From: Polyangia bacterium | GTDB lineage: Bacteria; Myxococcota_A; Polyangia; JAAYKL01 | NCBI GenBank assembly: GCA_050287845.1 | Contig: JBNKCR010000045.1 | Location: forward strand, 1 to 64,000 | Length of the DNA stretch: 64,000 nucleotides | Direction: 5' to 3' | Shown: positions 49,609 through 60,548 of the stretch, in pieces | How positions within the stretch are numbered: position 1 is the first letter of the stretch | Layout of the letters: every line of letters starts with the position of its first letter | The notes under the pieces: model-generated | Database searches by the model: none | Told to the model about the DNA's origin: nothing | What the model saw: the letters and a program-made list of their open reading frames with translations, nothing else | Position numbers and translations under genes: made by a program

Positions 49609-51996
49609 ATGCGTTTTGGTAGATTTGATGATGAGAGAAAAGAATACGTAATAGAGCGACCGGATACCCCCAGGCCCTGGAGCAACTACATTGGAAACAC
49701 CGTGTACGGGGGAATCGTTACCAACAACGCTGCCGGATATTCCTTTTACCGATCAGCCGGGCAGGGGCGGCACACCCGCTTTCTGTTTGCTGCACTGCAG
49801 GGCAATTATGCGGGTAAATATGTTTATCTTTCCGACGCGGAAAGTGGAGACTTCTGGTCCAATTCCTGGCACCCCGTGGGCAAGCCCCTCGATCAATATA
49901 AAGGGGAATGTCGCCATGGAGCCGGATATTCAACGATCAGCGGCGAATACAAGGGCATCGCGTCGAGCGTCACTTACTTTGCACCGTTGGGCGCCACCTA
50001 CGAAGTCTGGAAGATCAGAGTGGCCAATACCGGAGAAAACGCCCGCAGGATTCGGGTGTTTCCCCTGGTGGAATTCGGTTGCAACTGGAACGCCCTTGAT
50101 GATCAGGCCAATCTTCAATACACCCAGTATATTGTGAAGGCCAGAGTCGAGGGCAACATCATTGATATGGGCAGCAACATCAACATGCCCGAGGATCCCG
50201 ACCACTTTGAAAACAAGGATCAGGCACGACACACGTTCATGGCCCTGGCCGGCGCAGATGCAACCGCATACGATACACAGCTCGAAGAGTTTTTTGGTCC
50301 GTACGGCACCTACGCCAATCCTGCTGCAGTGGTGAATGGGGCGTGTAAAAACTCCATTGCCACTGGTGATATGCCCTGTGGCGCTTTCCAGATCGATATG
50401 GACCTCGCTCCCGGTGAAAACAGAGAATTCGCGGTCATGATGGGAATCGGCAAAGGAGAAGTGGAAGGTAAGGCCGCTGTGGAAGCCATGAACACCATTG
50501 CCAGAGTGGATGACGCAATCGAAAAGGTGAAAGAATACAATCACGCTTGTCTGGACAACTTCACGGTGTCCAGCCCGGATGGTATTTTCAACAGCATGAT
50601 GAACATGTGGAGCCCATACAACTGCATGATGACATTCTACTGGTCCCGTACCGCCAGCATGATTTACGCCGGTGAAAGGGACGGTCTTGGGTTTCGGGAC
50701 TCACTTCAGGATATGCTGGGTGCCATGGCACTCGATACGAAAGAAGCCGGACGCAGAATTGAGTTGCTGCTGACAGGCCAGCTGGCCAACGGCGGTGCAA
50801 TGCCGGTGGTGAAACCCTATGCTCATCGCCCTGGCCATGAAAAAGAACCGCCCCATTATCGGGCAGACGACTGCATGTGGTTCTTCAACGCTATTCCCCA
50901 GTACGTGAAAGAGACCGGGGACATCGACTTCTACAAAAAGATACTCCCCTTTGCGGACAAAGGCGAAACCACCGTGCTGGGCCATCTGCGAAGAGCCATC
51001 CAGTTCAACCTCGATCGGCTGGGCGCCCATGGGCTTCCGTGTGGACTGCATGCGGACTGGAATGACTGTCTGCGCCTCGGTGAAAAAGGCGAGACCTCTT
51101 TTGTAGCGTTCCAGCTGCGCTATGCATTTAAAGAATATATTGCCATTTCCGAGATGCTGGGGGAGACCGCCGAGGCGGACTGGGCCAGACCACTGCTCGA
51201 AGAATACGATAAAACCCTCGACAAACACGTCTGGGACGGTGAATGGTACCTGCGCGCCTATCGCGATGACGGTCTGAAATTCGGTTCGAGAGAAAACGAC
51301 GAAGGGTCCATCTTTATGAATCCTCAGGCATGGGCGGTAATCAGTGAACATGCCAAAGGTGAAAAAGCCACCAGGTGTATCGAGTCTCTCGATAAACAGC
51401 TGGCAACGGAATATGGCGTGATGCTGTGCGCGCCACCGTTCGTGAACACAGACCCCAACGTGGTTCTGGCTGTTCTGTTCAATCCGGGCTCCAAGGAAAA
51501 TGCGGCGATGTTTAATCATACGCAGGGCTGGGCGGTGATGAGTCAGGCAATACTCGGAAACAACGATAAAGCCTGGGCGTATCTGAAAGCAGCGTTGCCC
51601 GGGTTCTACAACGATATTGCCGAAATTCGCGAAACCGAGCCCTACGTGGTTGCCCAGACCACATGTTCCAAATTCAATCCCAAATTCGGTGCAAGCCGCG
51701 TCTCCTGGCTTTCCGGTGCTGCCACGTGGAATTATCATGCGGCAACCCAATATATTCTGGGGATACGCCCGGACTATGACGGTCTGCGTCTCGTCCCCTG
51801 CCTGCCAACCCATTGGCCGGAGGTCACTGTCAACCGCAAGTTCCGCGGCAGAAACTTTGCCATTAAGATTAAAAACGGTGGCGGTAGCGGTACCGGGGTC
51901 ACCCGGCTGGTCGTCAACGGCGAAACCATCAGTGGTAATCTGATTCCCGCGAATAAATTTAAAGACAGCAATACGGTGGAAGTCACCGTCGGTTGA
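49609..51996 (+). CDS. GH94 glycoside phosphorylase (chitobiose/cellobiose/cellodextrin type)
   Basis: MRFGRFDDERKEYVI..PDTPRPWSN, CRHGAGY, GLGFRD, ADWNDCL, KENAAMFNH, SWLSG, ILGIRPDYDGL; AAGGAG RBS. Confidence 0.93.
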   Translation: MRFGRFDDERKEYVIERPDTPRPWSNYIGNTVYGGIVTNNAAGYSFYRSAGQGRHTRFLFAALQGNYAGKYVYLSDAESGDFWSNSWHPVGKPLDQYKGECRHGAGYSTISGEYKGIASSVTYFAPLGATYEVWKIRVANTGENARRIRVFPLVEFGCNWNALDDQANLQYTQYIVKARVEGNIIDMGSNINMPEDPDHFENKDQARHTFMALAGADATAYDTQLEEFFGPYGTYANPAAVVNGACKNSIATGDMPCGAFQIDMDLAPGENREFAVMMGIGKGEVEGKAAVEAMNTIARVDDAIEKVKEYNHACLDNFTVSSPDGIFNSMMNMWSPYNCMMTFYWSRTASMIYAGERDGLGFRDSLQDMLGAMALDTKEAGRRIELLLTGQLANGGAMPVVKPYAHRPGHEKEPPHYRADDCMWFFNAIPQYVKETGDIDFYKKILPFADKGETTVLGHLRRAIQFNLDRLGAHGLPCGLHADWNDCLRLGEKGETSFVAFQLRYAFKEYIAISEMLGETAEADWARPLLEEYDKTLDKHVWDGEWYLRAYRDDGLKFGSRENDEGSIFMNPQAWAVISEHAKGEKATRCIESLDKQLATEYGVMLCAPPFVNTDPNVVLAVLFNPGSKENAAMFNHTQGWAVMSQAILGNNDKAWAYLKAALPGFYNDIAEIRETEPYVVAQTTCSKFNPKFGASRVSWLSGAATWNYHAATQYILGIRPDYDGLRLVPCLPTHWPEVTVNRKFRGRNFAIKIKNGGGSGTGVTRLVVNGETISGNLIPANKFKDSNTVEVTVG

Positions 51997-52220
51997 TTCG
52001 CGAAATCTCCTCTCCCCCTCCCATAAACAAACACCATTGGAAAAAAGAGTCCCGTCGCCAGAGCCCATAATTGCCAAAAATTTGTATCTGACCACAGAAC
52101 CTCATAAAATGGATAATATCCACAATATTTGGTGGTACAGTAATATCTGTTCATTTGTTCCGTATAATTCGTTTGCCGATTTGAAACGCTTTGGCGTTTT
52201 TTTGCTCAAGGGGGAGTGAT

Positions 52221-52751
52221 ATGGCATTAAAAGAGTCTACTGCTCAGGATTTTTTGTCCAAGATCAAACAAATTCCCAGGTTCATCAAATCCAGACCCGC
52301 CAAGCCAGGGGATATTTCGCTGCTCGCCTTTGAATTCAGGCATCCCCGCAACGGTCCGACCGGGCAGCCCATCCAGACCCGGCGGGCCAGGACTGTTACC
52401 GCCTTTCGCCAGAAAAGTTCCGACGTGAAGCTTGATTTGGGACTCATTTCTGCGGACAGTGAACACAATTTCTATCGGGGATTTTCAGATAATGTTGAAA
52501 AAGGCGGCATTTTCGCCGCGACATACAACATCCACCCCGTGGGAACTCCCGTTTCCATTTCATTTGAACTGCCGGGCAATAAAAAGGTATTCACCCGTGG
52601 GGTCGTTCAATACACCAGGGAGATTTCGTCGAAACCCCCAACGGGTTGCATGTCAGGCATGGGGATCAGTTTCAGCTATCTTGAAAATGAAGATAAGACA
52701 GCCATCGAAAATTTCCAGGAAGTACATACACCCATTTTCTTTGAAGTCTGA
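52221..52751 (+). CDS. TIGR02266-type (myxococcal) PilZ domain protein
   Basis: SEHNFYRGFSDNVEKGGIFAAT...GVVQYTR...GMGISF...PIFFE. Confidence 0.8.
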   Translation: MALKESTAQDFLSKIKQIPRFIKSRPAKPGDISLLAFEFRHPRNGPTGQPIQTRRARTVTAFRQKSSDVKLDLGLISADSEHNFYRGFSDNVEKGGIFAATYNIHPVGTPVSISFELPGNKKVFTRGVVQYTREISSKPPTGCMSGMGISFSYLENEDKTAIENFQEVHTPIFFEV

Positions 52752-53000
52752 TTTCTGAACATCGGTTGTCATCTAATTTTCGTACCGCCGCGATCAGATC
52801 CGGGCACATTGCTGTGCACCCGTTCAGCGTTCACGATATTCTTTGGCTTAACTATGAATTCCGCCGATATTTCGTAAAAAAAGATGAGATCAAAAGATCT
52901 TTTTTTGATTAAAATACTTGCATTGCAAAGAAACCACTATTAAGGTGCAACCTCTCTTAACGGAGTAACAATTTAGATCTGTTTTACGGAGGATTTTAGA

Positions 53001-53342
53001 ATGCACATGGATGAGGGTTTTGACGGCAAGAAAATGGACCATGATCTGGATGGTGATTTTGGACAGGATGACGATGAAAGAGATTATCGTGACGAGCGCC
53101 GTAATAAGCCGAGACGAAATACCGTTGGTGAAGCGGTTCTGTGTCGTCCTCTCGAAGTGACTGTACGTGACAACCGCGTTGAACAGGCCATCCGGCAACT
53201 GAAAAATCGTCTGGCGCGTGAAGGCATCCTGCGTGAACTGAAAAATCGCCGTCACTACTTCAAACCGAGCGAGCTGAAGAGAATCAAACGTCGTGAAGCT
53301 GCCCGTCGCAGAAGAAAACAGACCCGTCAGAGAATCAAATAA
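53001..53342 (+). CDS. rpsU: 30S ribosomal protein S21 with an N-terminal extension
   Basis: LEVTVRDNRVEQAIRQLKNRLAREGILRELKNRRHYFKPS...RRRRK; GGAGG RBS before the ATG at 53001. Confidence 0.92.
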   Translation: MHMDEGFDGKKMDHDLDGDFGQDDDERDYRDERRNKPRRNTVGEAVLCRPLEVTVRDNRVEQAIRQLKNRLAREGILRELKNRRHYFKPSELKRIKRREAARRRRKQTRQRIK

Positions 53343-53822
53343 CACACACCACTGAGCGATTGTTATTCCGATACTGTTTTCGGATACTTTCCGGATATCT
53401 ATCTGATACACACGGTTCCGCTACCGTATATCTTTCATTTCATCCCCTTACAGTTGAAGCACTGATGCGACAGTCGCCATGCCCGTCTTGTTTCCTCTTT
53501 CCAATCTTTGCCGGACAACTGAACCATTTTCGGGCGAATACAGAATTCGAAATAGCGTCCGATTCAATATTGAATTGATCGCACTTCATCAGTAATGGAA
53601 CATCGAAGCGGCGGAGCGACAAACGCAGGGTCAATCACGTAAGGTCCGAAACCGTCTGCTGTATCTTTTCAACCCGTCGTGGCCGGGGAGCGTCAGATTC
53701 ACCCGGTTCAGACAGCAGGAATGACATAATAGCGTTTCTCCATTCGAATCTGCGCCTGGAATTGGAACCCGTTCTGAGAATTCGACATGGAAATAGAAAT
53801 AGGACTACAGAAAGGTAAAGAA

Positions 53823-55664
53823 TCAGACGACGCCGCGAATTTCTTCGAGTTTCTTACGGACGCCTTCCATTACTTTGGGGGTAAGATTCAGACGAATCAG
53901 GAAGGCAAAGGCAACGATGTAACCAATGATAGGAATGATCATCAGCCACAGTCTCATTTGAGTGAGTGATTCAACAGATTGAGCACCGCCCAATGCAACA
54001 TCAAATCCGGTGGATTCCAGAACCACACCGGCTGCGCCGCCACCCAGGGCCATTCCCACTTTCATCATCCAGGAGCCACAGGCGTTAAAGGCACCTTCAC
54101 GACGCTTGCCGGTTTCCATTTCGTCCCAGTCCACCACATCAGCCATCATGGAGCTGTAGAGCATCCAGAATCCGGCCTGGGTAAAGGCGATGCCGCCGGC
54201 AGCGAAAAACTGCAACCATTTAATATTTGGATTGTAGAGTACCCATGTAAGTAAAAACATCACCGTAGCCATAATCATCACAAGACCCATGGTTTTTTTC
54301 TTACCGATTTTTTTGGAAACTAATGCGTAGAACGGCACCCCCACAAATGGAAATACCATGTTCCCAATGCCCATAATGAAGTTCCACTGTGTCCCCACCG
54401 CCCAATCACCTTCACATACATAAAATACGGTGGTGAAAAATCCAAGGGTTCCCACCATACTCATACCAATACCGATGGCCACGGCCATGGCCAACTGAAC
54501 GCGGAACGGTTTACATGATAGAACGGTAAATAACGTCTCGGTAATTTTTACCCGTTCCTGCTTCACCGCCACCTTGTCGTAATAGCGTTCCTTCACAACA
54601 GTGAAGACATAAATCCCCACAATAATCATAACAAAGGCAATCATCAGGATGTACACCCTGGCACCTTTGAGCATATCGGGTTTTTCCTTCATTGCTTCAT
54701 TCAGCACAGAGGCGGTCTGCAGATTCTGTTCGAGGGCTTCAATGCGTTTGGTCAGCGCTGACTTTTTACTTTCTTCGGCAGCATCTTTTTCGGCAGGTAT
54801 TGGCTTATTACCCAGGTTCCAGGGGGCTGGCGTTTCCTCATCTGCGGCATCGCGTACTTTGCCTTCAAAGTCTGCAACTTTCAAATTCACATCTTTGAGA
54901 CCGGATTCAAGTTTTCCAACCTTCGCTTCAATGTCTTTCAATTTCGCGTCGGAATCTGAACCCTTTGATTTTTCTATTTCGGCAGTTGCGCTCTTCAGTT
55001 CATTCGCTTCTGCTCGCATGCCGGAAATCTGCTCATTAAGCGCTGCAACGTCATCCTGTGTCACACCGGGTACGCTATTATTAAAAATGGCAAGTGCGCA
55101 AAACATTGCCGCAAAGAACATTCCGCATTCGGGTATTTTCTGAATGATCGTTTTAAACGAGAAAACACTCGTTCTCTCGTTGTAATCGGGTGTCAATTCA
55201 GAACCGAGGGCCGCATAAGGCATGTTGTGACCACTGGCCAGCGTGATTAAAATACCCGATGTGATAATCATGTACCACACGTATTGCATCTCAGACCAGC
55301 CACTGCCTAAAGTAGGGCAAAGAAACAAAACAGGGAAGAAAAGCGCCGTAAGAATGGCGAACACCAAAATATATGGACGCCGACGTCCCCACCTGGTACG
55401 GGTGTTATCGGACAGCCATCCGAAAAACGGGTCGGAAACGGCGTCCACCAGTCGGTTGACCATCACCACAAGGCCCACCAGCGATGGCGATATCATCAAG
55501 AATCCGTTGAATACCGGCCAAATCATGGAAGGGAACAGCCAGTTACCCCATAATTCATTTGTGGAGCCGAAACCGTAAGCAATCTTCTGCTTCAGAGGCA
55601 CCCGATCTTCCGGTGCAACCTTGTGGACTTCTTTTGAGTCCTGTTCAATTTTGTTTTCTGACAT
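53823..55664 (-). CDS. MFS transporter, glycoside-pentoside-hexuronide (GPH) family, with a loop insertion
   Basis: DAVSDPFFGWLSDNTRTRWGRRRPY, PYAALGSELTPDYNERT, MMADVVDWDEMETGKRREG. Confidence 0.92.
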   Translation of the reverse strand: MSENKIEQDSKEVHKVAPEDRVPLKQKIAYGFGSTNELWGNWLFPSMIWPVFNGFLMISPSLVGLVVMVNRLVDAVSDPFFGWLSDNTRTRWGRRRPYILVFAILTALFFPVLFLCPTLGSGWSEMQYVWYMIITSGILITLASGHNMPYAALGSELTPDYNERTSVFSFKTIIQKIPECGMFFAAMFCALAIFNNSVPGVTQDDVAALNEQISGMRAEANELKSATAEIEKSKGSDSDAKLKDIEAKVGKLESGLKDVNLKVADFEGKVRDAADEETPAPWNLGNKPIPAEKDAAEESKKSALTKRIEALEQNLQTASVLNEAMKEKPDMLKGARVYILMIAFVMIIVGIYVFTVVKERYYDKVAVKQERVKITETLFTVLSCKPFRVQLAMAVAIGIGMSMVGTLGFFTTVFYVCEGDWAVGTQWNFIMGIGNMVFPFVGVPFYALVSKKIGKKKTMGLVMIMATVMFLLTWVLYNPNIKWLQFFAAGGIAFTQAGFWMLYSSMMADVVDWDEMETGKRREGAFNACGSWMMKVGMALGGGAAGVVLESTGFDVALGGAQSVESLTQMRLWLMIIPIIGYIVAFAFLIRLNLTPKVMEGVRKKLEEIRGVV

Positions 55665-55975
55665 ACTCTTTACCTTTGAAAATAAGAATTTACTTTTGCG
55701 ATTGTGCGAATGGACAACAGGAGCTTAATCGTTTCGCGGGCCTCTGTCCATCCTGATTTTTACGCCGCTCCGGTCTCTCTGTCCGTCGGGAATCACTATG
55801 GTCATTGAATTATTCCATTTATCGGAGTGCTCTGGCGAACGTTGCAAACCAGGAATGCCACACCCCATCTGAAACTGCATCAACTGCAGATGGCAGGTCT
55901 TTTCCTCTGAAATCAGGGGAGCCGGGAAATGTAGAAACAGTGCGGTACGCCTGTTATCGGTGAACGATGCGGGGC

Positions 55976-56929
55976 TTAAAAAGAAACCGCCAGGCTGGCG
56001 CCGGGGGCAACGGTGCGATTCGTAGCCACCACTGGAGAAAAGCCAATAAAATGAAATGCTTTTTTCTCGCTCTTCCCGGTTGCAAGCAGTGGCTTAAGCG
56101 CCTTCATCGGTCCATTATTCCGTTTTATGATAATCGCCCCGGTAACCACTGAAGCAACCGTGGCAACCGTGCCAAAAGCAAGCAGGAAAATTCCCTTCCC
56201 CTTTTTATCTTCCGCATCCCGGCGCGATGGCACTTCACATTCATTGTCGGTATCATTCGACGGGAGACATTCGTCGCCAATGGCCTGCGCCAGAAACACC
56301 GTACCCAGGGCAGTCAGACCGCCGAACACCGGTGTGCCAATAGCAATCAGAAGAATGCCTCCACGCCTGGACTTGGCAAAGTTATTGTAACGATATTGCG
56401 CAAACGGGATGCTTCTGTCCCGCACGTCGAACTGATAATTCTTATAGGCCAGCTCCTGAGACTCGCCCAGCGCGGCAACCACTGCATCATATTCCGCTTT
56501 GAGTCTTTTTGCTTCTTCCGCACCGGGGTTGGTGGGATTGGTGAAAGTAATTTCATCGGAGAGCACCGGCGGCGGCTCCACCGGCACGTAAACCGGCACA
56601 CATTCGACTTCGCCTTCTTCTCCCGCTTCGCCTGTTTCATCCCCTTCGCCCTCTTCCCCTTCCTTTTTTTCAACAGGCACACATTTTTGCACAACACCCT
56701 CGGCACCCGCCTCACCACTGGCGGTCTGCGCATCACCTGCTGCGCCCTCCGGCGAATCGGCGAGGACCTCATCATCCATCACCTGCTGTGATTCCGCTTC
56801 TTCCAGGTCCACCGCTTTCGGGTCGGTTTCTTTTGATTTCGCCTTCTGTGATTCCCCTTGCGCAACGCCAACCTGACAAATGAGCATCAACATACTGATA
56901 GCATATAAAGAAATTTTCATTACAGACAT
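55976..56929 (-). CDS. Hypothetical exported/membrane protein
   Basis: Signal peptide, acidic linker, two Gly-rich hydrophobic segments, C-terminal Phe; the start may be 56920. Confidence 0.7.
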   Translation of the reverse strand: MSVMKISLYAISMLMLICQVGVAQGESQKAKSKETDPKAVDLEEAESQQVMDDEVLADSPEGAAGDAQTASGEAGAEGVVQKCVPVEKKEGEEGEGDETGEAGEEGEVECVPVYVPVEPPPVLSDEITFTNPTNPGAEEAKRLKAEYDAVVAALGESQELAYKNYQFDVRDRSIPFAQYRYNNFAKSRRGGILLIAIGTPVFGGLTALGTVFLAQAIGDECLPSNDTDNECEVPSRRDAEDKKGKGIFLLAFGTVATVASVVTGAIIIKRNNGPMKALKPLLATGKSEKKAFHFIGFSPVVATNRTVAPGASLAVSF

Positions 56930-57238
56930 ACGTCACTCTCCTTTGACATCCGCATACATTCCCTGTCAACTGACATCGTCAGATGTTTTACATCTCACTG
57001 AATACTGAGCCATGCAAAACGGGGCATCTGAATCTGGCAGCGCCAGTTGCGATGCATTTCCGCTACATTCATACTGCAATTTACCAGAGGAGTATACGAA
57101 AAGATTGATTTATTGAAATTTGAATTGACAAAAAAGTAACATATAAATCCTGCGTCGTCACCATCGCAGAATCAGACCGGAAGGGTGCGGGTATTCAATT
57201 CTGTTTCCATGCAAATGTTACTGTCTTAACAGAATAAC

Positions 57239-58495
57239 TTACGGATTTATTTCTGTGTCCTTTATTGTGGATTGTTGTGGAATGTCCTGTTTATTGTGTA
57301 CCTTCAAGTTTTCCGTCCCGTCGGCTGCCGCCTCAATGGCCGCTGCCTCCCTGTCCATGTCTGCCCACACGGCCCGCAACTGCCGATATTTTCCTTTTGC
57401 ATTCCAGAAAATATATCCACTGGCCCCCCCATTCATCGCCGCATCAATCTGATTTTTCACGAAACTGTACCCCCAGTTTTCGGCGCGCCATCGAAACCCC
57501 TGCAACAGTGGTCGAACAAGGATATCTTTGCCCAGGCGCTCCCGAATTCGAATGCACGCGCCCTTTATCACCTGATGGGTCTTTTCCGGTTTGGGATTTT
57601 CCCAGTATGTCGACGGCCAATTGGCCAGGTAGACCATGGGAGAAATGGCATCAATATACGGCCCCAGATGTTCCAGATATTGGCCCAGCTTTTCACTTTC
57701 CTCGGGATGATACGCCGTCAGACCGAACACATCAATGGACAGAGGAATTGAAATGGCCGCATCCACCTGGCGCAGGAGCTCCGCAATCATTTCATATCGT
57801 TTCACATTACCCCGCTTTTCGGGATACCGGGCATTTCTGGCGCTGGTTTCAACGGGAAATCGAACGTAATCCAGCTGGATTTCATCAACTCCCAGCGCTT
57901 CGGATGCCTGGGCGACAGATACAATATGGTCGCGCATTTTCTGGGAATGGGGGTCCACCCATTTCTGATGATGCAAATCGTGCCACTTTCCGCCAGTTGA
58001 TACATCCTTCACCGCAACACTGCTGAAGCGGGTGGCAAACCAGTTGTCCTTGAAGCATACCAGTCTGGCGATAACGTAGATGCCGTGGTTCTGCAGCTTT
58101 TTAATCATTTTTTTCATCCCGAACTGATACCCATGGGGGTATCCCCTTGCCAGGGGGAGTCGGTTGGTAAATGTTACGCGGCCAAAATCATCCTTCACAT
58201 CAATCACCACCGCGTTGGCGCCAATGGTTCGCAGCTCATGCAACATCTCAATGGCGGACAGCGTTTTCACCCGTCCCACCGGCATGTACACCCCCCGCAG
58301 ATTGTGGCCCCGGGCGGTCATCTCGCTGCCGGGAGGGTCCGGCGGAGATAAATCTGAAACCGATACTGCTCTGTTGTCCCCCTCGGCATCGGTGGAGGCG
58401 ACGTCCCCCGCGTCATCGCTATCCTGAGCCTGAACGGTAAACGTCGCCAACGCCAGCACTGCCAGGATACAAAAATAATGATTTTTTATTTTCAT
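57239..58495 (-). CDS. Putative glycoside hydrolase (DUF4015-like TIM barrel)
   Basis: NAVVIDVKDD.G, IYVIARLVCFKD, DEIQLDYVRFP, SIDVFG, ISPMVY, YIFWN. Confidence 0.85.
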   Translation of the reverse strand: MKIKNHYFCILAVLALATFTVQAQDSDDAGDVASTDAEGDNRAVSVSDLSPPDPPGSEMTARGHNLRGVYMPVGRVKTLSAIEMLHELRTIGANAVVIDVKDDFGRVTFTNRLPLARGYPHGYQFGMKKMIKKLQNHGIYVIARLVCFKDNWFATRFSSVAVKDVSTGGKWHDLHHQKWVDPHSQKMRDHIVSVAQASEALGVDEIQLDYVRFPVETSARNARYPEKRGNVKRYEMIAELLRQVDAAISIPLSIDVFGLTAYHPEESEKLGQYLEHLGPYIDAISPMVYLANWPSTYWENPKPEKTHQVIKGACIRIRERLGKDILVRPLLQGFRWRAENWGYSFVKNQIDAAMNGGASGYIFWNAKGKYRQLRAVWADMDREAAAIEAAADGTENLKVHNKQDIPQQSTIKDTEINP

Positions 58496-58757
58496 ATCCT
58501 ACATTGTAGGTGTATAGAATACATAGGTCAAACAAATTCACTCTTTTTCTGGTCTCACGCAACGCTCCTTTAATCGACGCAGGTCCCCATTGTCCTGCCA
58601 AATCCCGGAACCACAACTGCCTCGCCGTATCATCAACTGAACATTGATTGATTCGACCTGCAATCAGAGCAAAGCTTCCAGACCTGCCGCGGCCTTCCCG
58701 AAGAGGGTCACGTCATGAGCAGTCAGATATGGTTTGGAAAAATGAAAAATCAGAACG

Positions 58758-59585
58758 TCAGAGGAAAAAAATGGTGGTCACGCCTACCGCCGCCACATAT
58801 GGCGCAAAAAGCCAGAGTTTTCCGGCCCGAACCAGCCGAATCAGCAGGAGCAACGCGGCAATGCCGCAGATAAAAGATGCCAATACGCCGCCGGCGATAG
58901 CCCCCAGCGCGTCGCTCTGAAACAGTTGGTTCACGTCAATTTCAAGTATCGCTGCGCCCAGAATGGCCGGAATGGAAAGCAGAAACGAAAAGCGGGCGGC
59001 TGCTTCCCGATTGGTGCCGAGCAGCAGCGCCACAGCTATCGTGGTACCCGAACGGGAAATGCCCGGCATGACGGCAAAACCCTGCGCCAGGCCGATGAGC
59101 AGTGCATTTTTGAATGTAAGGATTTCGCCGTCTTTTTCGTGTCCGAACCGACTGGCAACGAGAATCCCCGCGCAGGTGAGAAATGATAGACCAAGAAAAA
59201 GGGGCGTGGTGGATACGGACTGTACGATACCGCTTTTTTCCATCAGGAGCCCCAGTATGGCAGTGGGGATGGTCGCCACTATCAGCAGCAGAAGCAAGCG
59301 CGCACCGGAATCCGTGCGAATGGTCTGCATGAAATTTCCTCTGAGCACCGATAGCGCGATTTCCTTTGCCCCCGAAAACAGACTGAGCACTTCCCTGCGG
59401 TACACGATAACCACCGCCACCAGTGTGGCCAGATGCAGCAGAATCTCCAGCAGCAGTGGTTGATTCTTCAGAGATTCCAACTCAAAAATAAGTTGGCCGA
59501 CAGCCAGATGCCCGGATGAGGACACCGGTAAAAATTCTGTGGCCCCCTGAATAGCGCCGAGAATGGCAATATAAATGGCTTCCAT
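58758..59585 (-). CDS. uppP: Undecaprenyl-diphosphate phosphatase
   Basis: QGATEFLPVSSSGHL, PGISRSGTT, ARFSFLLSIPAILGA. Confidence 0.96.
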   Translation of the reverse strand: MEAIYIAILGAIQGATEFLPVSSSGHLAVGQLIFELESLKNQPLLLEILLHLATLVAVVIVYRREVLSLFSGAKEIALSVLRGNFMQTIRTDSGARLLLLLIVATIPTAILGLLMEKSGIVQSVSTTPLFLGLSFLTCAGILVASRFGHEKDGEILTFKNALLIGLAQGFAVMPGISRSGTTIAVALLLGTNREAAARFSFLLSIPAILGAAILEIDVNQLFQSDALGAIAGGVLASFICGIAALLLLIRLVRAGKLWLFAPYVAAVGVTTIFFL

Positions 59586-60130
59586 TATTTTTTCATTACC
59601 TTCCGAATCTGTGCAGTCAGCTGTTCTTCCGGCCAGAATCCCTCATGAGAAGCGAGGATAGTGCCGTCGGGCCCGATAATAAAAAGCGTTGGCAATGATG
59701 ACACACTGTACGCCTTTGCCGCAATTCCCCTTGTGTCCGATACTACCGGATACAGGATATTGCGCAGTTTTGTGAAATCCCTCAACCGGTCAAGGGACTC
59801 GCCCCCCACTTCCACTCCCACAACGGCCAGTTCAGGGAATTGGTGTTGAATCCGCAGCAACACCGTTATTTGCGACAGACATGGGGGACAGGTGGTGCTC
59901 CAGAAATCCACCAGCGCAATCTTCCCCCGGAACGAAGAGAGAGACAACATGCCTTCCCCTTCATTGACCAGTGGCAGATTCCAGACAGGTGCCTCATCGC
60001 CCTCCGCAAGCGCTTCCTCCTTCAGCAGGTAACTGCCGAGCATGAACAGAACGACGACGCCCACGACAATTACGATTTTCAGAATCTGAGTGTTTCCATT
60101 TTGCTTTGATTCCGTGTTTGTTTTATTCAT
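59585..60130 (-). CDS. TlpA/ResA-family thiol-disulfide oxidoreductase
   Basis: N-terminal TM; DFWSTTCPPC; YSVSSLPTLFII; overlaps the uppP start (TAATG). Confidence 0.88.
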   Translation of the reverse strand: MNKTNTESKQNGNTQILKIVIVVGVVVLFMLGSYLLKEEALAEGDEAPVWNLPLVNEGEGMLSLSSFRGKIALVDFWSTTCPPCLSQITVLLRIQHQFPELAVVGVEVGGESLDRLRDFTKLRNILYPVVSDTRGIAAKAYSVSSLPTLFIIGPDGTILASHEGFWPEEQLTAQIRKVMKK

Positions 60131-60548
60131 AATCGCTTTACTTAAGTTTTTTCTGGTGAATATGCAACGGATGTTCCGCATTCTGTGGATACGAGTCGAC
60201 GATTTCAGTCGGATTTTCAATGGCACATTCACAACAGATGCGTCAATTTCCACATCATTCAAATTCCGAGGGCTTCCCGATTTTTCGGAATTCAGTCCGT
60301 TCCGCCAACGGCTTCCAGGTCGCTGTTTCTTCTTCAACCGGTTTTTATATTTGATGTGACACGGGTATCGGGTAATATTTCAATATCTGGAGCGAATGAA
60401 TGTTGTACAGCGGGGCACAGCGCGCCCCCTGACTTCGTTGGGTTGTGATAGAGTAAAATTCTCAGATGGAATCGACGCGGTGACTCCCCTGAGTCTACAG
60501 ACGTAGCGATTCTCCGGTGAATCCTGCAGCAGGAAATGAGTTAGACAG

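Noticed and set aside
50701..52095. 464-aa minus-strand ORF
   Set aside because: Antisense to the well-supported GH94 gene, with no motifs.
60131..60337. N-terminal extension of the TlpA ORF
   Set aside because: Not protein-like. The ATG at 60130 gives a normal-sized TlpA.
60380..60540. Possible structured RNA (glycine riboswitch, 6S or tmRNA-like)
   Set aside because: Only scattered short matches, the core consensus elements are missing, and the downstream gene does not fit. An Rfam scan would settle it.
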